Source: Eledone cirrhosa (taxonomy: Eukaryota). Taken from it: DNA of 64,000 bases. Below are positions 28,347 through 40,987 of the stretch, one piece after another. Where the stretch lies: positions 22,754,001 to 22,818,000 of the forward strand of contig OZ024752.1 in the NCBI GenBank assembly GCA_964016885.1, given 5' to 3'. The position numbers and the translations under genes are program-made. The notes below the pieces were generated by a model. That model worked only from the letters and a program-made list of their open reading frames with translations, was not told where the DNA came from and did no database searches. The first letter of the stretch is position 1. Each line of letters begins with the position of its first letter.

Positions 28347-29637
28347 CAGGGTGCGGACGATATTTGTTTGCAAGATTACTGTCGAGGAAAAAATAACACA
28401 GTAGTTTTATTTTTTAAGATATATTTATCAAACTGAGGTCAGTTTGTCTTCATGACTTGTTCTTTCGATCTCACTTGATAAACCCGCCATTAGCTTTGAT
28501 GACGGCCTCAAGGCGGCCTTGGAACCGGCTACAGGCCTTCATCACTGTCCTCCGACTTAGGCCCCTAAAGGCACTTGTGATCCTGGCCTTCAGATCGTCT
28601 TTCGTATTGCAGCTAGATCTGTTGGTGTCTCGTTCCACTGCGCCCCACACAAAGAAGTCCAGGGGGTTGCAGTCAGGCGAGCTGGGAGGCCAGATGTCAG
28701 GTGAAGTGTGGTTGACGAAGTTCTCTGACAGCCAGGCTTGGGTCTTTCGGCTGGTATGGCAGGGCGCTGAGTTTTGCTGCCATATGTACGGCCTACCTGC
28801 AGCTACCTGGTCGATCCAGGGCTTTACTACCTCGCTCAGAATGCGGATGTAGCCAGTGGTGTTCAGCTTGAGGCCCTCAGGGAAGGAGTGAGGTGGCATG
28901 ATGTCACCTTGACTGCTGATGACACCTAAGACCAATGTTGTCGCTGGAAACTTTGTCTGCATGACTCTGGGCACGTCTTTGGATGAGACAGCGAGCCACC
29001 TGTTGTTCTGGGAGTTGATCTTCTGGTCTTGGCAGAAGTTTTTCTCGTCGGAGAAAAACCACAGCATGTCTGGCTCCAGTGGGTGTTTCAACTTGTTGGC
29101 TTCAGTCGCTTTTCTTGCATCGCCTTTGACAGAAATTGTCCTTTCCTCATCTTGTATGAAACGTAGCGAATGTCTTCATGTACCACCAGCCTAATGAGCT
29201 TTTCATCCACGCCTTTCTCCCTTCCAATGGCACGCATCGACTTGCTAGGTTCATTGTTGATGATATCCTGAACTTCAGCGACGAACTTGGACGTTCTGAA
29301 GGCGTCAGATCGTCGATAATGTGTTTTCCTCTCTGATGTTGCTGTGTAGTCAAATCCTGAATTTTCTAATTCCTTTCTGACCTTTTCCACCATTCTCCTG
29401 CTGACGCTGAGAAAGTCTGAAATTTCCTTATTTGTCCTCCCGACGCAGATTCCAAGAAGAACTCCGTGTCTCTTCCACAAATTTGGAGGTTCAAAATTAT
29501 TCATAATCAATTATTCTGAAAATAAATAATGGAAATATAGTCACTGTTTTTATGAAGACAAGAGTGACAACGGAAGTAAAAAAAATTTGCATAAAATTAG
29601 CAGTTGAAAATTGCGAACAAATATCGTCCACACCCTG
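28347..29637 (-). mobile_element. Tc1/mariner DD37D (maT-type) DNA transposon, copy 2
   Basis: 27-bp TIRs CAGGGTGCGGACGATATTTGTTTGCAA / TTGCGAACAAATATCGTCCACACCCTG, TA flanks; 37 residues between the 2nd and 3rd catalytic positions (QQ[D>N]SAP...SPDCNPLD). Confidence 0.94.
28471..29504 (-). pseudogene. DD37D transposase, frameshift near 29090, 2nd catalytic D mutated to N
   Basis: ORFs 29088-29510 and 28471-29091 are collinear with copy 1. Confidence 0.88.
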
Positions 29638-29649
29638 TATATATATATA

Positions 29650-29995
29650 TAAGAAAATGCACGAGATCCTTGGTAGTTATGTATATTTGAAAAAAGGAAA
29701 AGAAAGACTTCACTTGTATTCTATAATTTAATTTTATACTTTCATAATTTTGCTATGTAGAACTAATAAGTTCTTTGTTAACTTCTGTAGAAAGTTTTTT
29801 TTTTGAATCCTGGTTAACTTTCTGGAGAACATTTTCACATTCATTGGGAGCGATTGTCAATCAGGGTTTTAACAAAGTATGTTAAAGGACTTATTAGATC
29901 TACATAGCAAAATTATAAAATTGTAAAATTATATAATTAAATCATTATAGAATACCAACTATAAGTAAAGTCATTCTTTTCCTTTTTTTCAAACA
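29650..29995 (-). mobile_element. Fold-back element with degenerate hammerhead-like core (Penelope-like remnant)
   Basis: Imperfect inverted repeats ~29686-29782 / 29881-29993; loop on the minus strand reads TTGACAA...GTGAAA ATG TTC. Related sequence at 11310-11512 and 56480-56555. Confidence 0.45.
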
Positions 29996-30168
29996 CACAC
30001 ACATACACTCATAGATAGAGACAGAGAGACAGAGAGATTTACATATATATATACATGATGATGATGATTATGACTAAGTAATGAGTCCTGTTACTCTGAA
30101 GTTTCACTTGTAACTACACAGGTGAAGTTCCAGAGTAACAAGACTCCTTGCATTCATCAACATTCCAA

Positions 30169-30220
<52 letters not shown>

Positions 30221-30414
30221 GTAAAAGGTAAACAGAAATAACAACACAATTGGTACAGTATATGGAAGGGTATATTAGGTTAACACTTGATATAGCAGGA
30301 AGAGGACACTGGTCCTTCACCGGAAGAAAGAATGAGAAATAAGATAGATTGAGGGGACGGGCGGGTTGGAATTGGAAAAAGTGTCTTTGGATAAAAATAA
30401 CAGGTCCATCATGT

Positions 30415-31287
30415 TGACATCTCTTGCGTGTTTGTTTGTTTGTTCACAAACTCCTCCAGGGTACTTGGATAAGTATATTTCATTTTAATCAAAGTGTTCC
30501 CCGGCAGCACAAACCCCCACTGAAAATGTTTTCCCTTCGATTTATATGTAATTTAAGCCATAGGTAAATGACAAGCTATGATGTCTATTCACAAAATGTC
30601 AGCAAATGTCAATAATATTAAGACACCCTAATGGGGGTTTGACCCCCCTATAGTGAAGATTTTGGCCAATAAATGGAACAAGATTTCACAAACTCCTCCT
30701 ATGGTTTTGGAGATAGACCCCTATAACCATATATATTCTGAAGCTACATTGTCCAGGGTACTTGGATAAGTATATTTCATTTTAATCAAAGGGTTCCCCG
30801 GGGGCACAAACCCCCCACTGAAAAACCCCCGCTGAAATTTTTTTTGCTTTGATTTATATGAAATTTAAACCATAGGTAAATGACAAAATAAGATCCTATT
30901 CACAAAATATCAGCAAATTTCAATAATATTAAGACACCCTAATGGGGGTTTAACCCCCGCTGAAAATGTTTTCCCTTCGATTTATATGAAATTTAAACCA
31001 TAGGTAAATGACAAGATATGATGCCTATTCACAAAAGTTTTGAATTAATATTTTGAAAAAAATTATTTACAAGAAACAAAATAAGAATAAGATTTAATAA
31101 TGTAATTTTGATTTGATATATTACAAAAAATAATGTTTTCCAATTTTTCATGCATTACATTTTACATTGAGTAATATTGAAATGCAGAGTTTTTCTCCAT
31201 AAATTATATCAATGATTTAAAATCAATCATAATTTTCTTACAAAAAAAAATGTGTGAAACGCAGCAAAGCACGGGTAATTCGGCTAG
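30415..31287 (+). mobile_element. Non-autonomous Helitron-like element with internal tandem duplications
   Basis: 3' end ...GCAAAGCACGGGTAATTCGG CTAG|T; internal repeats at 30455/30752 and 30520/30960; 5' end uncertain. Confidence 0.55.
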
Positions 31288-31441
31288 TATATATATAATA
31301 TATATATATATATATGGATGTATATATAATGTATTTTGCAATACACTTTATGCTTAATTAAAAGCATTTTGAAGACCGTATGCTATTGTTTTAGAGTAGT
31401 GACAAATTCACTTACTTTAATCTCAGCAAACAGGGAAGATA

Positions 31442-31488
31442 AGCCGACAAGGCCTTGTTTCGCATTTATTGATGCTTATCAAGGCTAA
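31442..31488 (-). ncRNA. Type I hammerhead ribozyme candidate, U3:A8 core variant
   Basis: Minus strand: tAGCC TTGATAA GCAT caataa ATGC GAAAC AAGGCCTT GTC|GGCT; stems I, II and III and a GUC cleavage triplet all present. Confidence 0.7.
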
Positions 31489-31896
31489 CTACTCCCTCCT
31501 GTCTACCGAGATCACTGATGTTATATTCTTATAGAATTCTAGTAAATAATCAGGAACTGATTATACAGAGTGGTTGTTGGTCAGGCAGAAATTAAAAATT
31601 AGAATTGGAGCTCTGAAATAGCAATATATATATGGATGTATATATATAGAAATGAGTGTATATGTTGGTCACTGTTCCAAGTGAGTTCCATATAATTTCT
31701 TATAACATCTCTGAATGTTATGCTTGCTCTGTATACCATTAATGACATGGTCTTCTAAGTGAAAAGTTTACTTAGCTAGATGTCTATCTTAGATTTTGGT
31801 ATGAAATATGGGATGTGGTGTTGTCTATACAACTTCAGATTACTTACATGTTATTTAGTCCTACATGTCCTTACATTTAACAATTAATTTGTTTAA

Positions 31897-32267
31897 CCCT
31901 TTAGCATTTTAACTGGCCATATTCAGCCAGAATTCTCTCACCTCTTTCTGTTCAAACTGGCTGTAATTGGCTGTTCATACTGATGTTAAGGTATTGTTCT
32001 TAAAATAAATAATATCAAAATCTCATAGATTCAATGTTATGTGAGATAATTACAGAACAGTATTATGACTGCATCACAAATTAAAGTCTTTAAATTTTCA
32101 CAACAATCTGTTCACTGACGCTGCACACCAGGTTCGAACACAGAAGAGCCAAACTCCCACTGTCATTGCCTCCATCTCTCCCGCCCTCCCCATCTCTCTC
32201 TATATGAAGTAGAGCCTTTGTCATGAAAATATAATAGTAAATATAGAGTAATGTAAATACTAAAGGG
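31897..32267. mobile_element. TTAA-flanked piggyBac-like MITE (with insert)
   Basis: TTAA CCCTTTAGCATTT ... AAATACTAAAGGG TTAA. Confidence 0.7.
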
Positions 32268-32432
32268 TTAAACAATCATCTTGTGGATATTCAGTTTGTT
32301 CCTTTAATCTCTAGAGAGTGAGCAAATGATATTGAAAATGAACAACACTCAATAACCTATACCATTAATATACCTATCCCCATAATATGAGCCTGGACAA
32401 TGTGGGAGAATGCCATATGTCTGTATGTCTAA

Positions 32433-32643
32433 TCCTTTAGCATTCACATTACTCTACTATTATATTTTCATGGTAAAGGCTTTACCTCGCATAATTATCT
32501 CACATAATATCGAATCTATGAGATTTTGAAAGTATTTATATTGAGAACAATACCTTAACATCAGTTTGAGTTGCAGCCAGTTTCAACAGAAAGAGGTAGA
32601 GAATTCTGGCTGGTTTGGGCCGGTTTGAACATTAAAGGGCTAA
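32433..32643. mobile_element. TTAA MITE copy, opposite orientation
   Basis: CCTTTAGCATT...AACATTAAAGGG; matches 40463-40676. Confidence 0.6.
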
Positions 32644-34038
32644 ACAACCATAATGACATAAGGAGTAACTTTCTATTTTTACTATGTTATATCTCCTATA
32701 AAAAGGACTTAACTCAGCAAGAGTGCCTCTACATTGTTGCTTGACCTGCTAGGAATAGCAGCCAAATTTCCTTCAATTTACCACCTGGTATTTTAAAAAA
32801 AGGATTATATTATTTGAATTTTCCTATGTACACAAGGCCTCTTCCCCTCCCCAATCATGGTATGGCCATGACTGGGATGCTTTTTACCATAAATCTGTAA
32901 TTCAGGGCCCACCTGGGGTTAAACAGCAATTTCATTTTCTTATAGATATTATTTACATATGTGAAGAGCTATATATTCAAACTAAGCTTTTTCTTTATCA
33001 AACAGAGTTTATATATTATTGTGTCAAAACAGCTCCCATTTCTTACTATAAACTAATTTGTACACATGCTGTAGGTGTAAATAACTGCTAAATGTGTGTA
33101 CGTGCTTGTATGTGTACAAAGAGAGGAGACTTTTTATTTGTTAAAACCTTAATTAGGTTTTGAGTGAGTGTGAAAGCTGGACAACTTCCATATATTATTA
33201 TATTTAAAAAGTGAGTTCAAATTCCACCAAGGTTAACTTTGCCTTTTATCCTTACGGGGTCGATAAAATAAAGTGCCAGTAATACACTGGGATAATTGCT
33301 GGCCTTGTACCAAAAGTAGAAACAATTATATTTAAAAAGTGTGTTAAAAAGCAAAAACATGTAAAGACAGACAGATATAGGGGGGTGGGGTGACAAAATG
33401 TGATGACACTCTGAGCTGCCATTTACTGATTTAGAAGAGTAAGGGTACCCTTATTTCCTTACTTAACTTGCTATAAATAGCAGCAAAAGCTCCCCATGTC
33501 ACGCCACCACCAGCACCACCATCATCATTGTTTAATGGCTATTTTGCATGCTTGCATGGGTTACACAGGTTGTCACATTATGAGGCTAGCCAAGTCAGAT
33601 GACCATGTCTTGCTCATATGGATCTGTTTTTTACTTGGGTTCTCTGGCTGGATGCCTTTCCTAATGTCAACCACTTTACAATATGTACTGGGAACCTTTT
33701 TGTGGCACTACATTTACCACTCTAAGGCTCGATTGGCTGTTTTTAGCTGTGGCACCAGTACAACTACTTATCAGAGTGGACTGCTTTTTGTTATCAGCAC
33801 GGCCACCATATAGAATGATCTGGGTGCTTTTCATCATAACTTACAATTTAAAAGTAAAGAACATGTGTATTGTATTCCTTGAAACACTATGTTTGAAGAA
33901 AAAAACACAATTTTGTCACTGCCAGAACTATCATATAACTGTTAGGTAGTTCACTTGGAATTACTAAATGTAAAAATGCAGCTGACATATATTAGCAACA
34001 ATCAAGACAAACAAATTACATTTATTGACTAATTTCAT

Positions 34039-35205
34039 GATCATCATCACCGTTTTACGTCCATTCTTCCACGCTAGCATGGGTTAGACGGGTTGTCTTA
34101 TTGTCGGCATTGCCCGGTCAGCTGAGCATGTCTTGCTCATACAGGAACTGATTCTGGCTTCCTTTCTAAGCTGGGTGCCCTTCCTAACACCAACCTCATT
34201 TACAGTGAATGCTGGGTACTTTTTTTCCGTGGTGCCTACACGACCACTCTACAGTGTGGGCCGGGTGCTTTTTTGCCGTGGCACCTCTACGACCACTTTG
34301 CAGTGGGGGAATATTGTCTATATGCTTCGGCTTGTACTTGTGGGAAGTCAGATCTTCTGTATTACTGTGTGATGCCAGAGGTCACGGTCCTGTGTCATTG
34401 CCTTTGAGAGGTGCAATTGGGTAAAGTTGGCTTTTATCACCTCGTCCCAGGTCTTCTTGGGTCCCCCCACTCCACGACTTCCATTGACTTCTAGTGCTCT
34501 GCACCTTTTTATGCAGCTGTCATCCTTCATATGCATCACATGTCCTTACCAATGCAACCTCCTCTCTCGCACAGAGCATTTGATTCCTCTTATGCTTAGT
34601 CTCTCTCTTAATTTGTTTATGCTTTGCCATTCGCGTATATTACTATTACACATCCATCGTAGCATGCAGGCTTCGTTTCTTTCTAATCTACGCAATTCTT
34701 CCACAGATAGCGCCCAGGTCTCACTACCATGTAACATTGCTGTTTGTATGCACGTATCATACAGTCTGCCTTTCATTTTGAGGGAAAAGCCTTTTGCAGC
34801 TAGCAGTGGCTGTAGCTCCCTGAGCTTCTTCCATCCCATTCTTACCCTCGTTACTGTAGTTTCTGAACACCCACCTCCGCTGTTAATCCGGTCACCTAGG
34901 TAGCAGAAGCTGTCTACTGTTTCTACAGAGCCCTCCCTGAGTTTGGTAGTGCTTGTTTCCTGTGGCCGTTTGCTGCTGCTACATGTAAAGCCTACATTCT
35001 TCGCTAAGCTTCCTGAGATTCCACTACATCTCTTGTGTACCCATTGTTTGCATTTGGGGCAGAGGATAGAGTTCCTACCTACACCTTTCCTACATACTGA
35101 GGGGATCTGGGTTCTGTTTTCTCATCTACTTACGAGGACCTTAGTCTTTGTCAGGTTGACTTTGAGACCCTTTCTTTCTAGTCCCTGCTTCCATGTTTGG
35201 CATTT
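34039..35205 (-). mobile_element. RTE LINE family B, 5'-truncated
   Basis: [27 protein letters not shown]...HGSETW...; 3' UTR and (GAT)n tail at 34039-34050. Confidence 0.9.
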
Positions 35206-35766
35206 CTTTTGTTTAAACAATCATCTTTTGGGCAAATGATAAAGAAAACAAGCGACACTCAATAACCTATACCATTGGCATACTTACCCCTATATTATGA
35301 GCTTGGACAGTGTGGGAACCAGATGCAAGTTACCATATGATCCCGGTAGACAGAATGGAGAAAGTGTTATCCCAGAGTATACATGGGTTGGCTGAAAACT
35401 TCATAGGCTGACCAATTTACTCTCATGGAATGTCCAAATGAGGTTTATTTTTCAACATAGTCCCTGGAAGGAAACAATGCAGTTATTAATAAGAAGAGCT
35501 GAAATTAATGCCTGGAAGAAGTCTTTACCACTAAATAACATAACATTCATCATTTGTTTGCCTATTTCTAGTTAGATAAGTAACCATGTAGAAGCCTCCT
35601 TGTTGGTTTGTGTCACCAAGTGATCATGTGTATAGGCTTATCAATTGGACTATGAAATCAACATTGTTTTTCTTAAACGCTATCAACAATGTTTGTGTGG
35701 GTGTATGTTACTACTGGTGGAAAGCGTTCTTCAACCATGACCATCCTGTTTTTTTTTTTTTATATA

Positions 35767-36234
35767 CTAGCAGAAAAACCACCCTTCGGGTGGTTTTCTG
35801 CTAGCATGTGTAATGTGCATATTGATATTATATGCATGTAGATACGATACGTCAAGTAAAACCGTAATTGAGAACATGCACAGAAATTGAAGAGAGACTG
35901 TGTTTTCTGTAATCAGTAAAGTAATCCATGATACATTTAAAAAAGACGATATTATATATAAACTGCATAATGGTGAAATCTTATGAAAATGAAAAAGGAG
36001 AAAATTAACGATGTGATATAGTGTACATTATATCATAACCTGAAGTATTGACATTTGAAAATTTTAAAAGAAGTGAATCTTGAAATAACAATCTTTATAT
36101 ATAAAATTATATATTTAATCAAGAGCTACGAAATTTAGTACATAAATTATGTCATTTTCATTCATTATTTATTCAAAATAATCCAACTTATTTTACAAAT
36201 GGAGTCCCGCACTCCTCCCTTTATTATATTATGA
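35767..36234 (-). mobile_element. Non-autonomous Helitron with palindromic 3' end
   Basis: Minus strand 5' A|TCATAATATAATAAAGGG; 3' end is CTAGCAGAAAAACCACCC-TTC-GGGTGGTTTTCTGCTAG (plus-strand reading), giving CTAG|T on the minus strand. Confidence 0.65.
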
Positions 36235-36246
36235 TATAATGCACTA

Positions 36247-36445
36247 TGAGGGTCAACTGAAAAGTTCATAGGCTGACCAAGATGCTCTCATGGAATGACC
36301 AAATGAGGTTTATTGTTCAACAAAGTCCCTGGAAAGAAACAATGCTGTTATTAATAAGAAGAGTTGAAATTAATGTATGTAAAGATTTCACAGCATTAAC
36401 ATCACTCCTTCATAGTTAGCCTGTGAACTTTTCAGCCTACCCTTG
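36247..36445. mobile_element. mariner-type MITE
   Basis: Imperfect ~30-bp TIRs GAGGGTCAACTGAAAAGTTCATAGGCTGAC / GTTAGCCTGTGAACTTTTCAGCCTACCCTTG, TA flanks; partial copy at ~35382-35510. Confidence 0.7.
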
Positions 36446-36839
36446 TACATTATCTGATGTGGTTGGATGTCAGCATAGCTGAGTGGTTAAGAAGTTTGCT
36501 TCTCAATCATGAGGTCCCAGGTTTAATCCCATTGTCTTTTACTATAGCCTCATGTTGACCCAAGCTTCTAAGTACAATTAGATATTCTCGGGTCCCAAGT
36601 AATAGAGACAGGGGTTGAATAAGAGTGTTGGAATAAACTGGGGGAGGGGGATTAATCGAGACCCGAGAGTAGATGGGAATTGTGTGTTAGTTTATCAGAT
36701 GGATTGTGCGTGTGATTTCAAAGGCTCAGTCATATCACACTGTCATACTGAATCTCCCTGAGTATTATATTCTGGGTACAGGTTTGTGGAAAACACAGCC
36801 ACCAATATTTTAATTTAATGAGTAAGATATTCTGTTGAT

Positions 36840-37060
36840 TGAACAACAACAGTAATAATAATAGTTACAACAGTAGTAGTAGTAGTAGTAACAGTTCTAG
36901 TAGTAATAACTGTTGTAGTAACAGTAGTAGTAGTAGTAGTAGTAGTAACAGTTGTAGTAACAGTAGTAGTAGTAACAGTTGTAGTAGCAGTAGTAGTAGT
37001 AGTAGTAGCAGCAGCAGTAGTAACAGTTGTAGTAACAGTAGTAGTAGCAGTAGCAGCAGC
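36840..37060. repeat. (AGT/AGC/AAC)n trinucleotide microsatellite
   Basis: Seen directly. Confidence 0.9.
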
Positions 37061-37276
37061 ATTTTTGAGGGAAGGGAATGTTGAATCAACCCAGTGTGTT
37101 ACTGATACTTTATTTTATTGATCCCATAAGATTGAAAGGCAAAGCTAAGCTTGTCAGGATTTGAACTCAGAATGTAAGGGGACATAACTGTAATCGTTTA
37201 TTATTGTCACAAGGGTCATTACAAAAACAAATTACAAATATGTTTGGTAGTTTACACAGAAATTGAATGGTATGAA

Positions 37277-38977
37277 AGGTCATGAAAGTAACAGAAAGAG
37301 TTATAGCACAGTTGATTAGGGACCGGGTGAAACTAGACGAGATGCAATTTGGGTTTGTACCAGGCAGAGGCACCACTGATGCCCTCTTCCTTGTGAGGCA
37401 GTTACAGGAAAAGTACCTAGCTAAAAGTAAGCCACTCTACCTGGAATTTGTCGACCTTGAGAAAGCCTTTGACAGAGTTCCACATGCTGTAATCTGGTGG
37501 GCTCTTAGAAAACTAGGAGTAGATGAATGGCTTGTGAAAGCGGTACAAGCCATGTATAGGGGAGCAGTCAGCAAAGTTAGGATTAGCAATGAGTATAGCG
37601 AGGAATTTAGCGTACAGGTTGGGCTCCACCAGGGTTCTGTTCTTAGCCCTCTCCTGTTCATCATAGTCCTGCAGACAATAACGAAGGAGTTTAAGACCGG
37701 ATGCCCATGGGAACTCCTGTATGCTGATGACCTCGCACTTATAGCTGAATCTATGGTAGAACTAGAGAAGAAATTCCAAACTTGGAAGCAGGGACTAGAA
37801 AGAAAGGGTCTCAAAGTCAACATGACAAAGACTAAGGTCCTTGTAAGTAGATGAGAAAACAGAACCCAGATCCCCTCAGGGAAATGGCCTTGCTCAGTAT
37901 GTAGGAAAGGTGTAGGTAGGAACTCCATTCTCTGCCCCAAATGCAAACAATGGGTACACAAGAGATGTAGCGGGATCTCAGGAAGCTTAATTAAGAATGT
38001 AGGCTTCACATGCAGCAGCTGTGCTGGGACAGCAAGCAGCAAAGAGCCACAGGAAACAAGTACCACCAATCTCTGGGAGGGCTCTGTAAAAACAGTAGAC
38101 AGCTTCTGCTACCTAGGTGACCGAATTAGCAGCGGAGGTGGGTGTTCAGAAAGTACAATAACTAGGGTAAGAACGGGATGGAAGAAGTTTAGGGAACTAC
38201 TACCACTGCTAGCTGCAAAAGGCTTCTCCCTCAGAATGAAAGGCAGACTGTATGATGCGTGTATACGAACAGCAATGTTACATGGTAGTGAGATCTGGGC
38301 GCTGTCTGTGGAAGACTTGCATAGATTAGACAGAAATGAAGCCTGCATGCTCCGATGGATGTGTAACAGTAATATACGTGAACGACAAAGCATAAATGAA
38401 TTGAGAGAGAGACTGAGCATAAGAGGAATCAAATGCTGTGTGCAGGAGAGGCGGTTGCGCTGGTATGGACATGTGATGCGCATGAAGGATGACAGCTGCA
38501 TAAAAAAGTGCAGAGCACTAGAAGTCGATGGAAACTGCGGAGTGGGGAGACCCAAGATGACCTGGCATGAGGTGATAAAAGCCGACCTTACCCAATTACA
38601 CCTCTCAAAGGCTACACACGACCGTGACCTCTGGCGTCACGCAGTAATACAGAGTACCCGACCTCCCATGGGTACAAGCTGAAGCATATAGACATTATGC
38701 CCCCACACCCTCCCACTGCAAGGTGGTCGTGGAGGAGCCACGGCAAAAAAGCACCCAGCCCACACTGTAAAGTGGACGTGTAGGCGCCACGAAAAAGCAC
38801 CCAGCACTCACTGTAAATGAGGTTGGTGTTAGGAAGGGCATCCAGCTGTAGAAATCAAGCCAAATCAGTTCCTGTATGAGCAAGGCATGGTCAGTCGACC
38901 AGACACTGCCCACAACAGGACAACCTGTCTAACCCATGCTAGCGTGGAAGAACAGACGTAAAACGGTGATGATGATG
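37277..38977 (+). mobile_element. RTE LINE family B, 5'-truncated (RT, PHD-like finger, 3' UTR)
   Basis: MQFGFVPGRGTTDA, FVDLEKAFDRVP, GLHQGSVLSPLLF, LLYADDL; one stop at 37852; [11 protein letters not shown]; (GAT)n tail. Confidence 0.94.
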
Positions 38978-39299
38978 AAAAGCATTGATATACACAGAGC
39001 CCGGATTTGCGCATGATGGAAGCACGAAGCGTCAACAGGGCGCCGACAAAAATTTTAAGGTCCTCCTCGTTTCCTCAATCCCCCGAAAATGGTCCTGCTT
39101 AAAAGTAAGTGTTGTGTCCTCTTTTAAATAAACCAAATTTTTAACGAAATATACGCTACTTACGATGTTTAAGTAGCATTTATATTGAAAATGAAAATGG
39201 CATATAATCCCCAATGTTAATTCATAAATTTCCTATAAACAATTAATGGAATCGGAAATTTTGTCCACAGCAATGCAAGGGACTAACTAATGTGGGCTG

Positions 39300-40092
39300 T
39301 AAATTTTGAGGAAATCGGCTGGATTATCTTTAAGTTACGCCTCAAAAAAGCCTAAAAATGCCATAACAATGCGGTTTTTCACCTAATGCGGGCCCTATGG
39401 CAGAAAAGGTTAAAACCGTTTTAGCCCATTGCACTTCAAGAAATATAAGTAACGCATGTGTAAAGTTTGAAAAAGATCGGTCGAGTACTTCTCGAGTTTT
39501 AGGGATTTACACAGACAGACAGAAACCCTCTGTTTTATATATAGAGAGACTAGCAGAAAACCACCTGGGGGCGGTTTTCTGCTAGTCTATATATCTAAAA
39601 CAGAGAATGTCTGTCTGTCAGCTCACTAAAACTTGAGGACCATCCAACCGATTGTTTTCAAACTTTAGACATGTAATACTTATGGTCCTGTGAGTGTTTT
39701 GAGCAAAAATTATTTCAAATTTTCAATGCCCCAGGGACCGCATTAGGCGATTTAGCGTTCTCTCTATATAATTCTTAGTCTTTCTTTTTAGATAGATACA
39801 TAGATAATACGTTGCGCCCTTATAATATCTGTCTGTATGTCTGGCTGTCTGCATTACGTCATTATGATGCGCTCAACGTGATTCCCTCGGCCTCAGTGAC
39901 CAAAGTCAGTGGAGAGGGGAAGGTAATGTTGCTGTAGCACGTGTTTTAGCGTCTATTCACTCTCTCTCTCTCCCTCTCTCCCTCCCGCTATCCCCCTCTC
40001 GAAGTCTGTCTCTTTCTTTCACTCTCACTCTCTCTCTACGCACGTGTTTCCACTGTCGGACAGACAGACAGAGAAATTGCTGGTTATATATA
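39300..40092. mobile_element. Composite of non-autonomous Helitron ends around a CTAG palindrome
   Basis: Minus-strand 5' end at ~40090 matches 55378; palindrome at 39550-39585; divergent TCT(C/A)T...TAAAACAGAG..TCTGTCTGTC ends on both sides. Confidence 0.6.
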
Positions 40093-40462
40093 TAAGTAGA
40101 TTAGAGAGATAATAAAGGCAGAACCCCAGTGTGGCTGCAGTCCAATGAAATTACTAAAAGAATACAGGAAATAGAGAAAAAAAAAGTATAATTTTTTCTT
40201 CTTAAGAAAGCCAATCCTGTTCTCATTACAAAAAAAGGAAGAACAATTAAAAAATTTTACATTGGTAAGATTTCGCTTTTGTTGTAACAATATGAGAGTT
40301 CAGTGACAATTTTTGGAAGTTGTTGTTGTTTAACCCTAAGTCAATGCTAATCCAGCTAACATATGATGTAAGCTTTTCCAGCTGTGGTCACATAGTCTTT
40401 TTTTTCCAAGAAACATCTTATCTAAGACCACATTATCCAATTTATTATTTTCTTTTCTTTTA

Positions 40463-40676
40463 ACCCTTTAGCATTTACATTACTCTACTATTATATTTTC
40501 ATGGTAAAGGCTTTATTTATCTCACATAATATGAAATCTATGAGATTTTGATGATGTTATTATTCATTTTGAGAACAATCCCTTAATGTCAGTATGAGTG
40601 GCTGGTTATGGCCAGTTTGAACAGAAAGAGGGAAGAGAATTCTGGCTGGATATGGCTGGTTTAAATGCTGAAGGGT
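40463..40676. mobile_element. TTAA-flanked piggyBac-like MITE
   Basis: TTAA CCCTTTTAGCATTTA ... TAAATGCTGAAGGG TCAA. Confidence 0.7.
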
Positions 40677-40987
40677 CAAAGATAGTTGGATGTGATTTGA
40701 GGCAGATTTAGCTGCTCTTTTTAGCAGGCCTACTACAGAACCAAAAAGACTAACTACTACACCACTTCATTGTATGTGTATATTGTATATTGACCCAATT
40801 ATAAAAAAAGATTTCATAATTATATTCTATTTTAATGAATAATTCCCACAGACTGTGACAACGTGACTACTACATTTATTGTAGCTATTGTAACATTGCC
40901 AACTACTACCACTTAAAATAGGGAAATACTATGTAATTGCTTGATCTACTAGTGTTACGTACCTGCTTCTCAAACGTGGTGGGTACT

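Noticed and set aside
36839-37089. Poly-Ser and poly-Leu ORFs
   Set aside because: Trinucleotide microsatellite.
37437-38555. Recurrent antisense ORFs over RTE copies
   Set aside because: Shadow frames of the RTE coding strand; they recur only because the element is repeated.
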